A stretch of DNA of 64,000 bases from Octopus vulgaris. Its lineage: Eukaryota. The DNA lies in contig OX597815.1 of NCBI GenBank assembly GCA_951406725.2, positions 70,804,001 through 70,868,000 on the forward strand, read 5' to 3'. Made by a program: the position numbers and the translations under genes. Shown in pieces: positions 25,465 through 38,919 of the stretch. The notes under the pieces were generated by a model. It worked only from the letters and a program-made list of their open reading frames with translations, searched no databases and had not been told where the DNA came from. Every line of letters begins with the position of its first letter. The stretch's first letter is position 1.

Positions 25465-25465
<1 letters not shown>
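24798..25465. mobile_element. Mariner-derived MITE built from two inverted 5' ends
   Basis: ~215-bp imperfect arms starting TA|CGAGGGG; both carry the transposase start (MAVPLAICTKEEHRAVIR / MAAPLTMCTKEEQRAVVRLLWSKGVSGTEIYRRL); minus arm continues into the HTH region. Confidence 0.85.
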
Positions 25466-25502
<37 letters not shown>

Positions 25503-25512
25503 CACACACACT

Positions 25513-25584
<72 letters not shown>

Positions 25585-25587
25585 CAT

Positions 25588-25620
<33 letters not shown>

Positions 25621-26955
25621 AGATAAATGAAACGAGAGAATAGATATTTATTCCATTAAGGATTTATAAACTTTCGACAGAACGAAAATCTCTTTTGGTC
25701 TGAAAAACTCAAAGGTTGACCTGGGACTCGACATGAACCAATATACCTTGTTGACATGACAGTCGTTCTACCATTGTACTAAAACATTTCTTCGAATTTC
25801 TCTATACAATTTATATACTTTATTAGAGACGTCAGAGTTAGGCACGTTTTCTCATCAAGAATCTTGCATACTAAATACAACGAAATACTGTAATGATTTT
25901 TGCGCAAATCTAGGTCGAAACTGCCGTAACTTTGTCGCGAGTTTTGTTCAAAACATTATAAATTTATTTCTAGCAGAATACGAGAAGTTTCCTGAAGAGT
26001 AACATATACAGCAAACACTGTCAACGCCATCACAAACACCACCATGAACAAGTCAAGAAGCTAGTTCCAATATAAACTACACTACACCTCATAAAAATAT
26101 GTCTCCCATCTTGATGTAAAATGCGCTTCCCACAAAAGATTCATACTGTAAAATAAAAAATAAAATTCTGATGTTGCAATTTTGAGTGAATAAATGAGTT
26201 GAATAAACGACTTTTAAATATTTCAAAGTTAACCGACATTAATTAATATTTGTATGTTCATTAAATCCCTTTTCGTAATTTATAAAACTAATTAATGCAT
26301 TAAAATTTTGTTTTCTTTAACTTTTTAGCTGTTCTGAGACTTTGATGTTTTGATGATGTAGTCTTTATATATTTCATGTATATATCATATCATATATATC
26401 TTGTTGGTTCTAATAGTTCATATAATATCATATACATCTTGTTAGTTTTAATAGTTCATAGATATATTATGCGCACTATGTTAATTTTTATAGTTCCTAT
26501 ATATATATATATATATATTTATATAAATAAGGATACGATCGTTAATTTAATTATCGATCTTATCAAGTGGCCGGCATGGGAATAAACACTTCAAAGGTTG
26601 CTAGTTCATCTTGTCCTTTTGTCTTCTCTTCTGGTGCTGTATGAACATTTAATGTAGTTTTAGAGTAAAGTTTTGGCTGCTATTTCCGGCGTGGAGGTAT
26701 CTCTTAGATACCCTAAATTATAATTTATATATATATATATATATACATACACAAATATATATATATATTATATAAATATTTTTAGTTGTTATAGTTTGTA
26801 TGCATGTGTGTGTATACGTTTATATGTATATATGTATGTGTGTGTGTATACGTATATATATATATATATATATATAGATAGATATATTCATGTATGTATA
26901 TATATGTACTTCTATATATATCTGTGTATATATACATATATATCTACATATACTC

Positions 26956-27004
<49 letters not shown>

Positions 27005-27194
27005 AACATATGCATATACATATACATAAATATATATGTATACATACACACACACACATATATAGATGTATGTGTATATATTTATACATCTATATAAAAT
27101 ATTACATACACAGTGCTAGTTTTATATTGACATATATAATATTATATAGACTTCATTAATTTTTAGAGATCCTATATATTCCGGAGTGGGTCTC

Positions 27195-27368
27195 TTGTTA
27201 TGAGCGCAAGTGTTGGAGTGCTGTGAAGAAGCATGGTTACCAGCCATGTGGTCTCAGGTTCAGTGCTACTGCGCTGTACCTCGGGCAAGTGTCTTCTACT
27301 ATAACTCGGAGTTGACCAAAGCCTTGTGAGTGGATTTGGGAAGAGAAACTGAAAGAAGCTTGTCGTAT
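27195..27368 (+). mobile_element. SINE family C, 5' half ending in (TA)n
   Basis: CCATGTGGTCTCAGGTTCAGT..GGGCAAGTGTCTTCTACTATA..AAAGCCTTGTGAGTGGATTTGG. Confidence 0.75.
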
Positions 27369-27609
27369 ATATATATATATATATATTATTTGTAACCGCT
27401 AGAAAGTTACAAGTGTCTTAAGGACTGGGAATCACGAAAATGTCGGCTGTTTAGTCAATTTTGCAACCTTCTGCCAATTAAAAATACTACATACACACAC
27501 ATATACATACATACACACATACATACATACATACATACATACATACATACATACATACATACATACATACATACATACACGCAGGCACACATCTCACTCT
27601 CTCTCGCTC

Positions 27610-27648
<39 letters not shown>

Positions 27649-27836
27649 TGTATATTTTCGAAAGTGAGACTTTATTCCTTGCTTTTGTTATTCATGTCAG
27701 CGTGAGAACCGGAATAAATTAATTAACAGTACCACATTTTGTGTAATATATTCTATCGGTTGTTTGTAAATTCAAACGTATATACATATACGAATGCATG
27801 CACACATATTAGTTGCTGTAATTATTGTAGTTTCAG

Positions 27837-27899
<63 letters not shown>

Positions 27900-28782
27900 C
27901 ATTGTATGTCGTGTATTGGTTATTTAAAGTGCTACTGTCAATCCTTCCTGATTTTTAGCAGTAGTTGTCTCAATGTGTGTTTTATGCATCTATTTATTCA
28001 TGAGGTTGCATTAATATGCCAACTGCAACATTTCACAATGTTTTCAGACAAAATATTAAAGCCTTATGTGAAACATTTAGGGAAAGCATAATGCAATAAA
28101 AGCGAATCGATGTCGCTGTAATTACGACCCTGTTTAAGTTTGAAGCTAAAGGTTATTTTCGTGGAAACATAAAATCAATGGGAAAGAGGCTATGTTCACT
28201 GAATATAACTCACGTAAATTATTTCATTTAGAGAAGGAGACTATAAAATTATAAACTTTCGCTAATGCTTTCATGAGAATAATATTCGAAATTTCAGGGT
28301 TATTCTATAGCTTGTTGGTATTAAAATATAACCCTATACCTTGGTCCAATTACCTGTGAACTGGGAAAAAGAGACGCACAGCTCCACGAAGCTTATTTTA
28401 TTTATAAGAATTAATATTCGTTTCATAATAATGTCTGCTATTCTGAATTGCTTATCTCTAGGCACCAACCTACAACCAAGTCACAACTGGCTACTAGTGG
28501 ACCAGCCATTCTCTATGTTTCTGCGCGCCTTTTACACTAAACTGTCTCTCTACTTGACTCTCCCTCTCTCTTTCTCTCTCAGTAGCTCTCTCTCTCGTTC
28601 CCCATACTGACTCTTTTTCTCTATTTCGCAACCGTCGACTCTGATGCAGGCAGCTTGATAAAAGAGACATTTTATCGGAATTATGAAATCTGTTACGAAA
28701 TGTGACGACCTCAGTCGGATTTCTTACCTTTATGTAAACTTACTTTTGGTCATATTCTGAAAATACAAACATCTTGTAGTTC

Positions 28783-28907
<125 letters not shown>

Positions 28908-29141
28908 TTGCATCCGCTCGCTTCACATCAATGTGTCTCTCTTGCTCAATTATCAAGAGTAAAAATGATATTTTTTATCATTTACTCTGAAGAGAAAACT
29001 ATCTTTTACCTAATTCTGGTTGCTAACATCCTAGAAAAAAAGAGACAAACCCATTATATTTCCAGTTCATTAAATTTGCCTTTGAAAAGAGACCTTTTAA
29101 ACAATGGTGATGTTTACATATATATATATATGTATATATAT

Positions 29142-29220
<79 letters not shown>

Positions 29221-29224
<4 letters not shown>

Positions 29225-29691
29225 TTTGATCACTTTGACCGACCAGTCCGTCAGGCGTCCATTTGACACCCCTGGTCACAGCATGCTGTCCACTCCTCTC
29301 TGGATCGCGCCTTTCTCATCCACGTGATCCCAATCGTCCTCCTGAAATCGTAACTCCATCGTCGTGGAGGCCTTCCGAGTGGTCATTTCCCCTCGTGCGG
29401 GTATCACTCGACAACTGCGTGGGTCCACCGATTATCTGTGAGCCGGCGACGTGTCCAGCCCATCTAAACTTGCTGCATGTATACTCTGCGATGACATCCC
29501 TCACGCCCGAATTCTTTCTGATGATCTCGCTACTGATGTGCTCAACGAGATACCAAGCATTGACCTTTCCTTAGCTCTTTGAGCCGTTACCAGTCTCTGC
29601 TCTTCTCTCTTTGTTGTAGCCCATGTTTCACAGCCATATAACATTGCAGGTAGAACTGTACTGTTGATGAGGTTGGCGCGGGTGGTCCTGT

Positions 29692-29694
<3 letters not shown>
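29221..29694 (-). mobile_element. 5'-truncated RTE LINE 3' end inside a (TA)n tract
   Basis: NSTVLPAMLYGCETWATTKREEQRLVTAQRAKERSMLGISL, KFRWAGHVA; tail GATCAAAGTGATCAAAGTGA; (TA)n on both sides. Confidence 0.9.
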
Positions 29695-30204
<510 letters not shown>

Positions 30205-30228
30205 AATATATTTATATATATATACATA

Positions 30229-30545
<317 letters not shown>

Positions 30546-30770
30546 AGAAATATATATATATATATATATAGGCAAAGAAGAAAATGGGGAGGATATAAAA
30601 TCGACAAATATCAGCCAGTAAAGACCCATATCTAGAATTCAATTGCAATATTGCCATGCAATAGTAAGCACTTGGTTAAAAATACGTAGGTACACATCCA
30701 GTAGTATATTGGATATTTAATATCCCTTAGATGGTTTATTAACGTCTAACTCATACAGACAGGCAGACAG

Positions 30771-30844
<74 letters not shown>

Positions 30845-30902
30845 ATATATGAAAAAACAAGTCAAGATAGAAAATGCTAAAATCATTTTATAAAGAACAT
30901 TT

Positions 30903-30940
30903 CAGTACCGGTTTCAGTCATTTTGAGACCTTTTCAACTG
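30903..30940 (-). ncRNA. Minimal type I hammerhead ribozyme, U3-A8 variant (left arm of fold-back)
   Basis: Reverse complement CAG-TTGAAAA-GGTC tcaaaat GACT-GAAAC-CG-GTA-CTG. Confidence 0.65.
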
Positions 30941-30982
30941 TAACGATTTTTAATTTTTCTAAATTTAATTATTTAATCGTTA

Positions 30983-31020
30983 CAGTTGAAAAGGTCTCAA
31001 CATGACTGAAACCGGTACTG
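30983..31020 (+). ncRNA. Minimal type I hammerhead ribozyme, U3-A8 variant (right arm of fold-back)
   Basis: CAG-TTGAAAA-GGTC tcaacat GACT-GAAAC-CG-GTA-CTG; stem I CAG/CTG, palindromic stem III ACCGGT, GUA triplet. Confidence 0.65.
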
Positions 31021-31098
31021 AAATGTTCTTGACTTGTTTTTTCATATATATCAACTCGTGTGTTCCTTTTCATCCTTATATATATATATATATATATA

Positions 31099-31381
31099 CA
31101 GTGGGGGAAATAAATATTCGTATATGTCAAAATTCTTTATTTATTTAATTTTTAATGAACATAAATGGGACATACCAATACTATATTTGCATACACATGC
31201 ATAAACTAAGAATATGCAAAAGAAACTAATAAATTACAGTAACTAATTTATTAGTTTCTTTTGCATATTCTTAATTTATAAATGTGTATGCAAATATAGT
31301 ATTGGTATATCCCATTTATGTTCATTAGAAATTAATTAAATAAAGAATTTTGACATGTACGAATATTTATTTTCCCCACTG
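31099..31381. mobile_element. Tc1-type palindromic MITE
   Basis: TA|CAGTGGGGGAAATAAATATTCG ... CGAATATTTATTTTCCCCACTG|TA; arms of about 140 bp meet with almost no spacer. Confidence 0.9.
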
Positions 31382-31409
31382 TATATGCATACATACATAC
31401 ATACATACA

Positions 31410-31519
<110 letters not shown>

Positions 31520-31853
31520 TATATGTATGTATATATAAAGATATATAAACAATTATATAATTTTATATGTTTATAATTTTCACCTTTAAAAGTATTTTAA
31601 TATGCTGGCCATTTTGATGGAATTTTTTTGACAAAAATTTTATCCTATATTAGAAGTAATAGAAAGTTATTTCTATATATGTATACATACATACAGATAT
31701 ATACATATATATTGCTGTGTCATACATACATACATACATACATACATACATACATACATACATACATACATACATACATACATACATACATACATACATA
31801 CATACATAAAACATACATACATACATACATACATACATACATACATACATACA

Positions 31854-31886
<33 letters not shown>

Positions 31887-32460
31887 TGCTGTGTCTAGGG
31901 AAAGTCATTATACCAATATTATTAACACACGCACTGGTTTAATTCCACTCCTTTATTATTAGTTAATTGGTTAAGTACCCAGCTAATTAATCGATTGTTT
32001 GTTTAAATTGGTTAAACAGTAAGTCATTTGTTTAGTTTTTGTTTGTCAAAAGCAAAACAAATGACAGCGTGTGTTAATAATATTGGCAGAATGATTCTCC
32101 CTAGATACAACAACGGCATACATACATAAATACATACATACATATATACATACATACATACATACATACATACATACATACATACATACATGCATACATA
32201 CATACATAATACATACATAAATACATACAGACATGCATGCATGCATACATACATACATACATAATACATACATGCATACATGCATGCATACATACATACA
32301 TATATACAAACATACATACATATATATACGTATATACATATACATACATATACATTTAGATATGCATTATATACATATAGAAATATGTGTATACATGTAT
32401 ATATATATGTCTGTATGTATGTATGTATATATATATATACATACATACACACACACACAA

Positions 32461-32512
<52 letters not shown>

Positions 32513-32520
32513 GTATATAT

Positions 32521-33110
32521 ACGGCAATAAGAAAATGGCGGGGATCAATATTCATCAACATTTAGACATATGTCTATTTATTTATTTTTTAAAGAAACAA
32601 TTATAACAATATACGTACATGTATAACATAATATACTTCACATATATAATATATAAAAATATAAAAATACCAGTAATTATTAATATATATAATGTAGAAC
32701 ATATATTCTACTTTCTATTTTCGACATTATATATTTTAGTAATTATTGGTATTGTTATATTTCATATATTATATATGTAAAGCATAATATATTACATATG
32801 TAAAGCATAATATGTATGTATAATAATATACATAATATATGTATATTGTTATAATTGTTTCTTTAAAAAATATATAGACATAATATAACGTCTAAAAGTT
32901 GATGAACACCGCCTCTTGATCTCCTACATTCTCTTATTGCCGTGTAAATTAACAACTTTTTACCCTCACCCATTTAATACTGTCAGTAGTGTAATTGCCA
33001 TGCAATGAAAAACCACATCTGTATTAATAATTGGGTATTCTACTAGCAGTATATTGGATAAATATTATCCCTTAGTTGGTTGGATTCACAACCTCTAACT
33101 CTCTTGGAAT
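32521..33110. repeat. Large AT-rich fold-back (32521-32943) plus unique extension
   Basis: ACGGCAATAAGAAAATG..CATCAAC.TTTAGAC is inverted at about 32890-32943; the extension matches 30650-30750. Confidence 0.75.
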
Positions 33111-33597
33111 TATATGAATATGTATATTTATATGTATATGTATATCTATATGTATATGTATACGTATGTGTATGTATATATATAGTTGATAAAGCAAACA
33201 CACACACACATAAGAATTTATAAACTTTCGAGAGGACGTGAAATAATTCGTTTTGAGAACAATGATCTCAAAGTATACATAAAGCTATAAATTATAACAT
33301 GTAAATATTGGGTTGAAAACCTCCTTTGGATAAAGCCCAACGGTGGAACCCCTGTCATGTCAACTGGAAATGTGGGTTTGGCTCTTACGGACAGCCTTCG
33401 ATGTTTTTCCATCCCAAAGGGCTTTTCAACTGTAAGAAAACAGAAGAAAAAAATAATTATATAATTGACAAACAAACATGTCAATTTTGTCTGTCTCTCT
33501 GTAGCGTGAAAATGAACACCCTTAGTCGATTTTCTACCCTTTTCTACATATACACACACATGCACACACACACACATTTACCCCCCCCCCCAGTATA

Positions 33598-34437
33598 TTG
33601 ACTGAAGATTGAAGGCTTCGAATGTCCCATCCGTGTTTTTTGTATCGTCTTTTAAATGTTTTGCGTTCCTGTCCCAGTTTGTATTTTTTTACATATACAT
33701 ATATATAGCGGCATCCGTACCCCTTTTGGTCTAATATGTAAGTACATATTCTTATCTTGGTACGACTCTATAACACTGTCTCTCTTCCCCCTCTCCTACA
33801 TTTCTCTGCCTTTCACACTTCGCACTCCTCTTTGATCGACTCTTTCTCTCACTCTCTCTCTCTCTTCTCCTCCTCCTTTGTTCCTTGTTCCCTTCTTTCT
33901 CTCTTCATCTGTCCCTCTTTTCCTCTCTCTTCTCACACGTGACTAGCCGACCGATTGCTAGCCCTTTCGTGGTCAGCAGCCGTTGCGGCAAGACACAAAT
34001 TTTTTTCTCTCTCTAGCCCTAAGGCTTTTTTCTAACGCCAGCTCAAAAATTTACTCGTCCTGTCGAAAAGACGCTTGTCTGTGATGTCCTGTTTTTGTTG
34101 TTATTATTATTATCATTATTGTTTTTACGTATTTTTGTATTCTTATTCGTGTTATCATTATTGTTTTTACGTATTTTTGTATTTTTATTCGTGTAACATC
34201 GTCCTGTTTTCCGTCCTTGTTTTGTATACATTCGAGGTTTTCTTCCAAGGAATCTAATGCGCTTGGCTTAGATTTTCCTTTGGGGCTGGCCAGATCGGAG
34301 CAATCTCAAGATTAATCAGCCGAAATTGCGAAGATGATCCGGTTCTTGACTGAAGATTGAAGGCTTCGAATGTCCCGTCCGTGTTTTTTGTATCGTCTTC
34401 TAAATATTTTGCGTTCCTGTCCCAGTTTGCATTTTTT

Positions 34438-34443
<6 letters not shown>
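33598..34443 (+). mobile_element. Penelope-like tandem pLTR (partial plus full copy, 748-bp period)
   Basis: 33598-33694 is repeated at 34346-34443; related to copies at 1385 and 29750; both repeats end in TA. Confidence 0.6.
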
Positions 34444-34469
<26 letters not shown>

Positions 34470-34472
<3 letters not shown>

Positions 34473-36290
34473 ATAATAAATATTAGGGAATAAATCCAAA
34501 TTTACAGGGAAAAAATCAGATTTAGGATTAAATCCAATTTTATAGTAAAATATTATAAAATATTATTAGAGACAAAACCACTATTTTGCAAAACAAACAA
34601 GGAAAGACTTAATCAATACATAAAATTTTAATAAATAGTCAAAAAAACCCCGCCACTACAATTGTTTCTTGTCTTGATCGACAATCTTCAGGTGGACTTC
34701 CAATCTAAAATATCAATATTTTAAAATATAAAAATAATAATTTTAAAATAATTAAAGTATTAATGAAAAAATATAAATATATAATCCATATATAACCTAT
34801 ATATAATCCATATATAATCAATATATAAACAATATATAAACTAAAATAAACCTATCAACAATTAAATATAAAATATAAAATATAAAATATAAAACAAAAC
34901 AAAAAAATAATAATAATATAATAATAAACTATATATACACCCATACACATATAACTAATTATATATAACCATATCTAACTACATACACTAAATCACACAC
35001 CTATATATATATCCCTATACATACACATAAAAACGTCTAGGCAACTATAAATAAATAAAATAGCTAAATACTTCAACACAATACTTATTCATACTCCCAC
35101 ACACACACATACAACCCACATTCCCGCTCTAGAAACGGACATCACTTAAAATTATGAACGGAGAAATGGAATAAATGGAATTAAAAATTATATTCACTTG
35201 GTAAAACGAACACTACTTAAAAATTATGAATGAAACAATGCAATAAAACAACAGACATCGCAAATAGACACAAATTACTACGAATTCCTTAACAAACCTA
35301 CCATGATAAACCAAAACTCATAAAAACATATAATGATAAAATCTCCCTTTACTAAACTCTATAACATACCTATATAGCAATCCCCCTAACCTAAACATGC
35401 ACACACAAATACACACACGTAAACCACACACCCACGACATATACAAATACCCACACCACTTACACATACCTATACATACATATAAACCTCAACATATACT
35501 CCAAAAACCCACTCAACCCCACACAGACAAATAAACACATACATCCCCAAACCTAAATAGCAAACCCATAAACACATTCACACACAAATATACATACGTA
35601 AAACACACACCATATACATATACATACTCACCAAACTCGACATATACAACAATATTAACACACCCACATTCATACAGATAAACAAACTACACAACCAAAA
35701 TACGCCCACACTCACACACAATCCCACATACATAAACACTCCAAATAAAAACAACATTATTACACATAATACGATATATAAAATACATCGTAAGTAACCA
35801 GAATATCAAAAATAATAATATGACATAAGGAGAAATAATATACATACTTTCAAGTCAGTTTCAAATTATGAAGTGAAATTAAATTCTAATCCGTTAAAAA
35901 CATCAAACCAAATTACGTTACCATAGGAACATAACTTATGTATAAAAAGAATACGCGCTATGGAAGCAAACCTCACTTAAAATTATGAATGGAGAAATAG
36001 AATAAATGGAATTAAAAATTATATACACGCGGTAAACCAACATTAATTTAAAAAAATTATGAATGGATTCTTTTATAAAACTACCATGATAAGCTAAAAC
36101 TCACAAAAACATAAATGATAAAACCTCCCTTTACTAAACACTATAACATACTTATATAGCAATCCCTTTAACCTATACATTCACACACAAATACACACAC
36201 GTAAACCACACACCCATAACAAATACAAACACCCACCCCACTCACACACACCCACAAGTACATATAAGCCTCAACATATACACCAAACAA
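34470..36290 (-). mobile_element. Non-coding, strongly strand-biased element carrying the hammerhead (Penelope-like 3' region)
   Basis: Starts at a (TA)n tract; plus strand A/C-rich with very little G; 35142-35520 duplicated from 35973. Confidence 0.5.
34653..34695 (-). ncRNA. Canonical minimal type I hammerhead ribozyme
   Basis: Reverse complement CCAC-CTGAAGA-TTGTC gatcaa GACAA-GAAAC-AATT-GTA-GTGG; all core residues present and all three stems pair. Confidence 0.88.
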
Positions 36291-36292
36291 GT

Positions 36293-36627
36293 GAAGGCGC
36301 ATGGCTCAGTGGTTATAGCGTCGAGCTAACGATCGTGAGGTTGTGAGTTCGATTCCCGGACCGGGCTGCATGTTGTGTTCTTGAGCAAGACACTGTATTT
36401 CACGTTGCTCTAGTTAACTCAGCTGTAGAAATGAGTGGTGACATCACTGGTGCCAAGCTGTATCGGCCTTTGCCTTTCCATTGGATAACATCAGTGGTGT
36501 TGAGAGGGGAGGCTGGTATGCATGGGCGACTGCTGGCCTTCCACAAACAACCTTGCCCAGACTTGTGCCTTGGAGGGGAACTTTCTAGGTGCAATCCCAT
36601 AGTCATTCATGACCGAAGGGGGTCTCC
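36293..36627 (+). mobile_element. Full-length tRNA-derived SINE (family A variant)
   Basis: A box TGGCTCAGTGG (36302-36312), B box GTTCGATTCC (36347-36356), CORE-like GTGTTCTTGAGCAAGACAC. Confidence 0.9.
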
Positions 36628-37084
36628 TCCATATATACACATTATCATATATTTAATTTACGTGCATTTGTAAACGCTTCAAAGTTGTGGCATTTCGTCC
36701 AGGCTTGACGTATCGTGTTAAAAAGCACAGCAAATTTCGAACATAGGCGAAACGAAATCATCTCCGAAGTGAAAGAGAGCAGCAGTTATAGATATTTCGC
36801 CGTCATTCCCGTTCTTCAGTCTACACACTTCATCACCTCTGAAACTACTCACGCGGTACATTTTTAAAGAGGATTCTCCTGGATGAAGCACCACAGGTTT
36901 GTAACGTTTACTAACACAGACACATTATGAGATATTGCTTATGCTTACATAATTAAGTTGCTGGAAACACAAAATGTGAATGAATGTATTTTCGGCGGTG
37001 TCCCAGCATTATCACAGCCTTGAAACGGAAACATTTTAAAGAATTTAAAGAATTATATATATATATATATATATACATACATAC

Positions 37085-37120
<36 letters not shown>

Positions 37121-37754
37121 TGTGTGTGTGTGTATGTAGATATATATATACATATATATGAATATGTATATATACTTATATGTGTGTGTGTGCATATATA
37201 TATATATGTATTATATATATATGTGTATATATATATGTATGTATATATATACAGGTATACACACAAACACACACATACACACACACACACATACACACAC
37301 ACATATATATATATATTATATATATAGCGTTACAGCCCGAACGTACGTCATTCTCTTGCTCAGAAATATTCAAAATTAGAGGCATGAAACTTCACGTGAT
37401 AGAATGCTGTATACTGGAACTATAACTTTTTGATATTTACTCCACTTAAGCAATTGAGTTATTTTAAAAAAATATTTTGTATGCGACTTCATTCGAATGA
37501 TGGCCTGTTGGATTTTCACGACATTGGGGAGTAACTATCATTGAGCTAATTTCATACGAATGCCGTCTATGTTGAAGAATCACAAAATCGCCTTATCTCT
37601 TTCTTCCAGGCAGATTTTGATAGCACTTCTCTTACAACACAAATCATCCAATCGTCTTTCTAGAAGTAAATATTTATGAGTATTTTCTACCACACATTAT
37701 TCAATTGACTGTGTAAACGTTAACATATATATATACATTTATAAACACGTATAT

Positions 37755-37829
<75 letters not shown>

Positions 37830-37869
37830 CACACATACACACATATATATATACATACATATATATATA

Positions 37870-38640
37870 TTCATCTAACCCTCCTTCTCTCTCCTCGCTT
37901 CCTCTCACATCTACTTCCTCTCACCAACCTCACCTCTCTTGCTCTGGCACCTACTTCCTCTCGTCAATCCTACCCACCTTCTCCCTTCCCCCACTCCCTT
38001 CATCGTCACCCATCCCTCATTACCCGACTCCTACACATTCCAAACCTACCATACCTATACATCCCATCCCACCCCACCTCATCCATTAAACGCCACCCTT
38101 GCTTCCCCCAATCTCGCCCCCACACTCCAACATCACCACATCCCACCCCACCACACCACCACACACCGCCATACCACACCACATCACATCACCCCGCACA
38201 CACTAGCACTAGCCACTTCCCAGCACCCACACCAACCCGCATACACTAGCATTGACCACTTCCCAGCACCTACACCATCATCCACACACCTACATATGCA
38301 CACACACACATCAATGTCACCAGCCCCCTTTCACACGCACATACACGCTCTCACATACACACGCACGCGCACCTTCGTTGTGGGGTCACCACTACTTTAT
38401 TATCTTCCCTTCTTCTTAGCTCTCCTGTGTGACCCCTCTGTCCGGTATTCGCCATGATAGATCGCTAGCCCTAAACCTTTTTCTATTTCCTCTCCCTGTT
38501 TATTTCTGTGTTCCTTTCTGTCGAAGGGTGTAGGCTCGAAACGTAAAAGACTTTCTCACTTCCCGAGCGTTAAACTAATACATTTGTTTGTTGTTTACAC
38601 ACCCGTCTTCGTATTTTTTGTTTTCTTGTAAATTTTCACT
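37870..38640 (+). mobile_element. Penelope-like 3' region / pLTR with degenerate hammerhead at 38514-38550
   Basis: C/A-rich low-complexity run, then CTGTCGAA-GGGT gtag GCTC-GAAACGTA; ends in TA. Confidence 0.6.
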
Positions 38641-38919
38641 ATATATATAAGCATATAAGTTAGAACGTATCTATGTACATTCATAGACACATTTATATAA
38701 ACCCTGCCTTGATTGATATTCTAAATTAAGTTCTGAAATATTCCATGCCTGAATTCTGTTGTATTTCAAACGCATATCCTGAAACAAATTTTAACTATGA
38801 TTACATTATTGTACCACTCAGATAAGGAGAGGTCTATTTCTTGGTAAGCAAGAAACGAAAGGACACATTATACATAATTTATCATTGTTTTTATTCATAC
38901 GAACATTCTTTTAATTATA

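Noticed and set aside
25715-25785. tRNA-like segment on the minus strand (TAGTACAATGGTAGAAC..TCGAGTCCCAGG)
   Set aside because: No complete cloverleaf; at best a decayed SINE head
36293-36365. Functional tRNA gene
   Set aside because: A and B boxes are present but it continues into a SINE body with other copies in the window, and the acceptor stem does not close
37328-37720. Tc1-like MITE
   Set aside because: TIRs too degenerate to support
37939-38457. 172-aa His/Pro/Thr-rich ORF
   Set aside because: Low-complexity C/A-rich DNA lacking stops by composition
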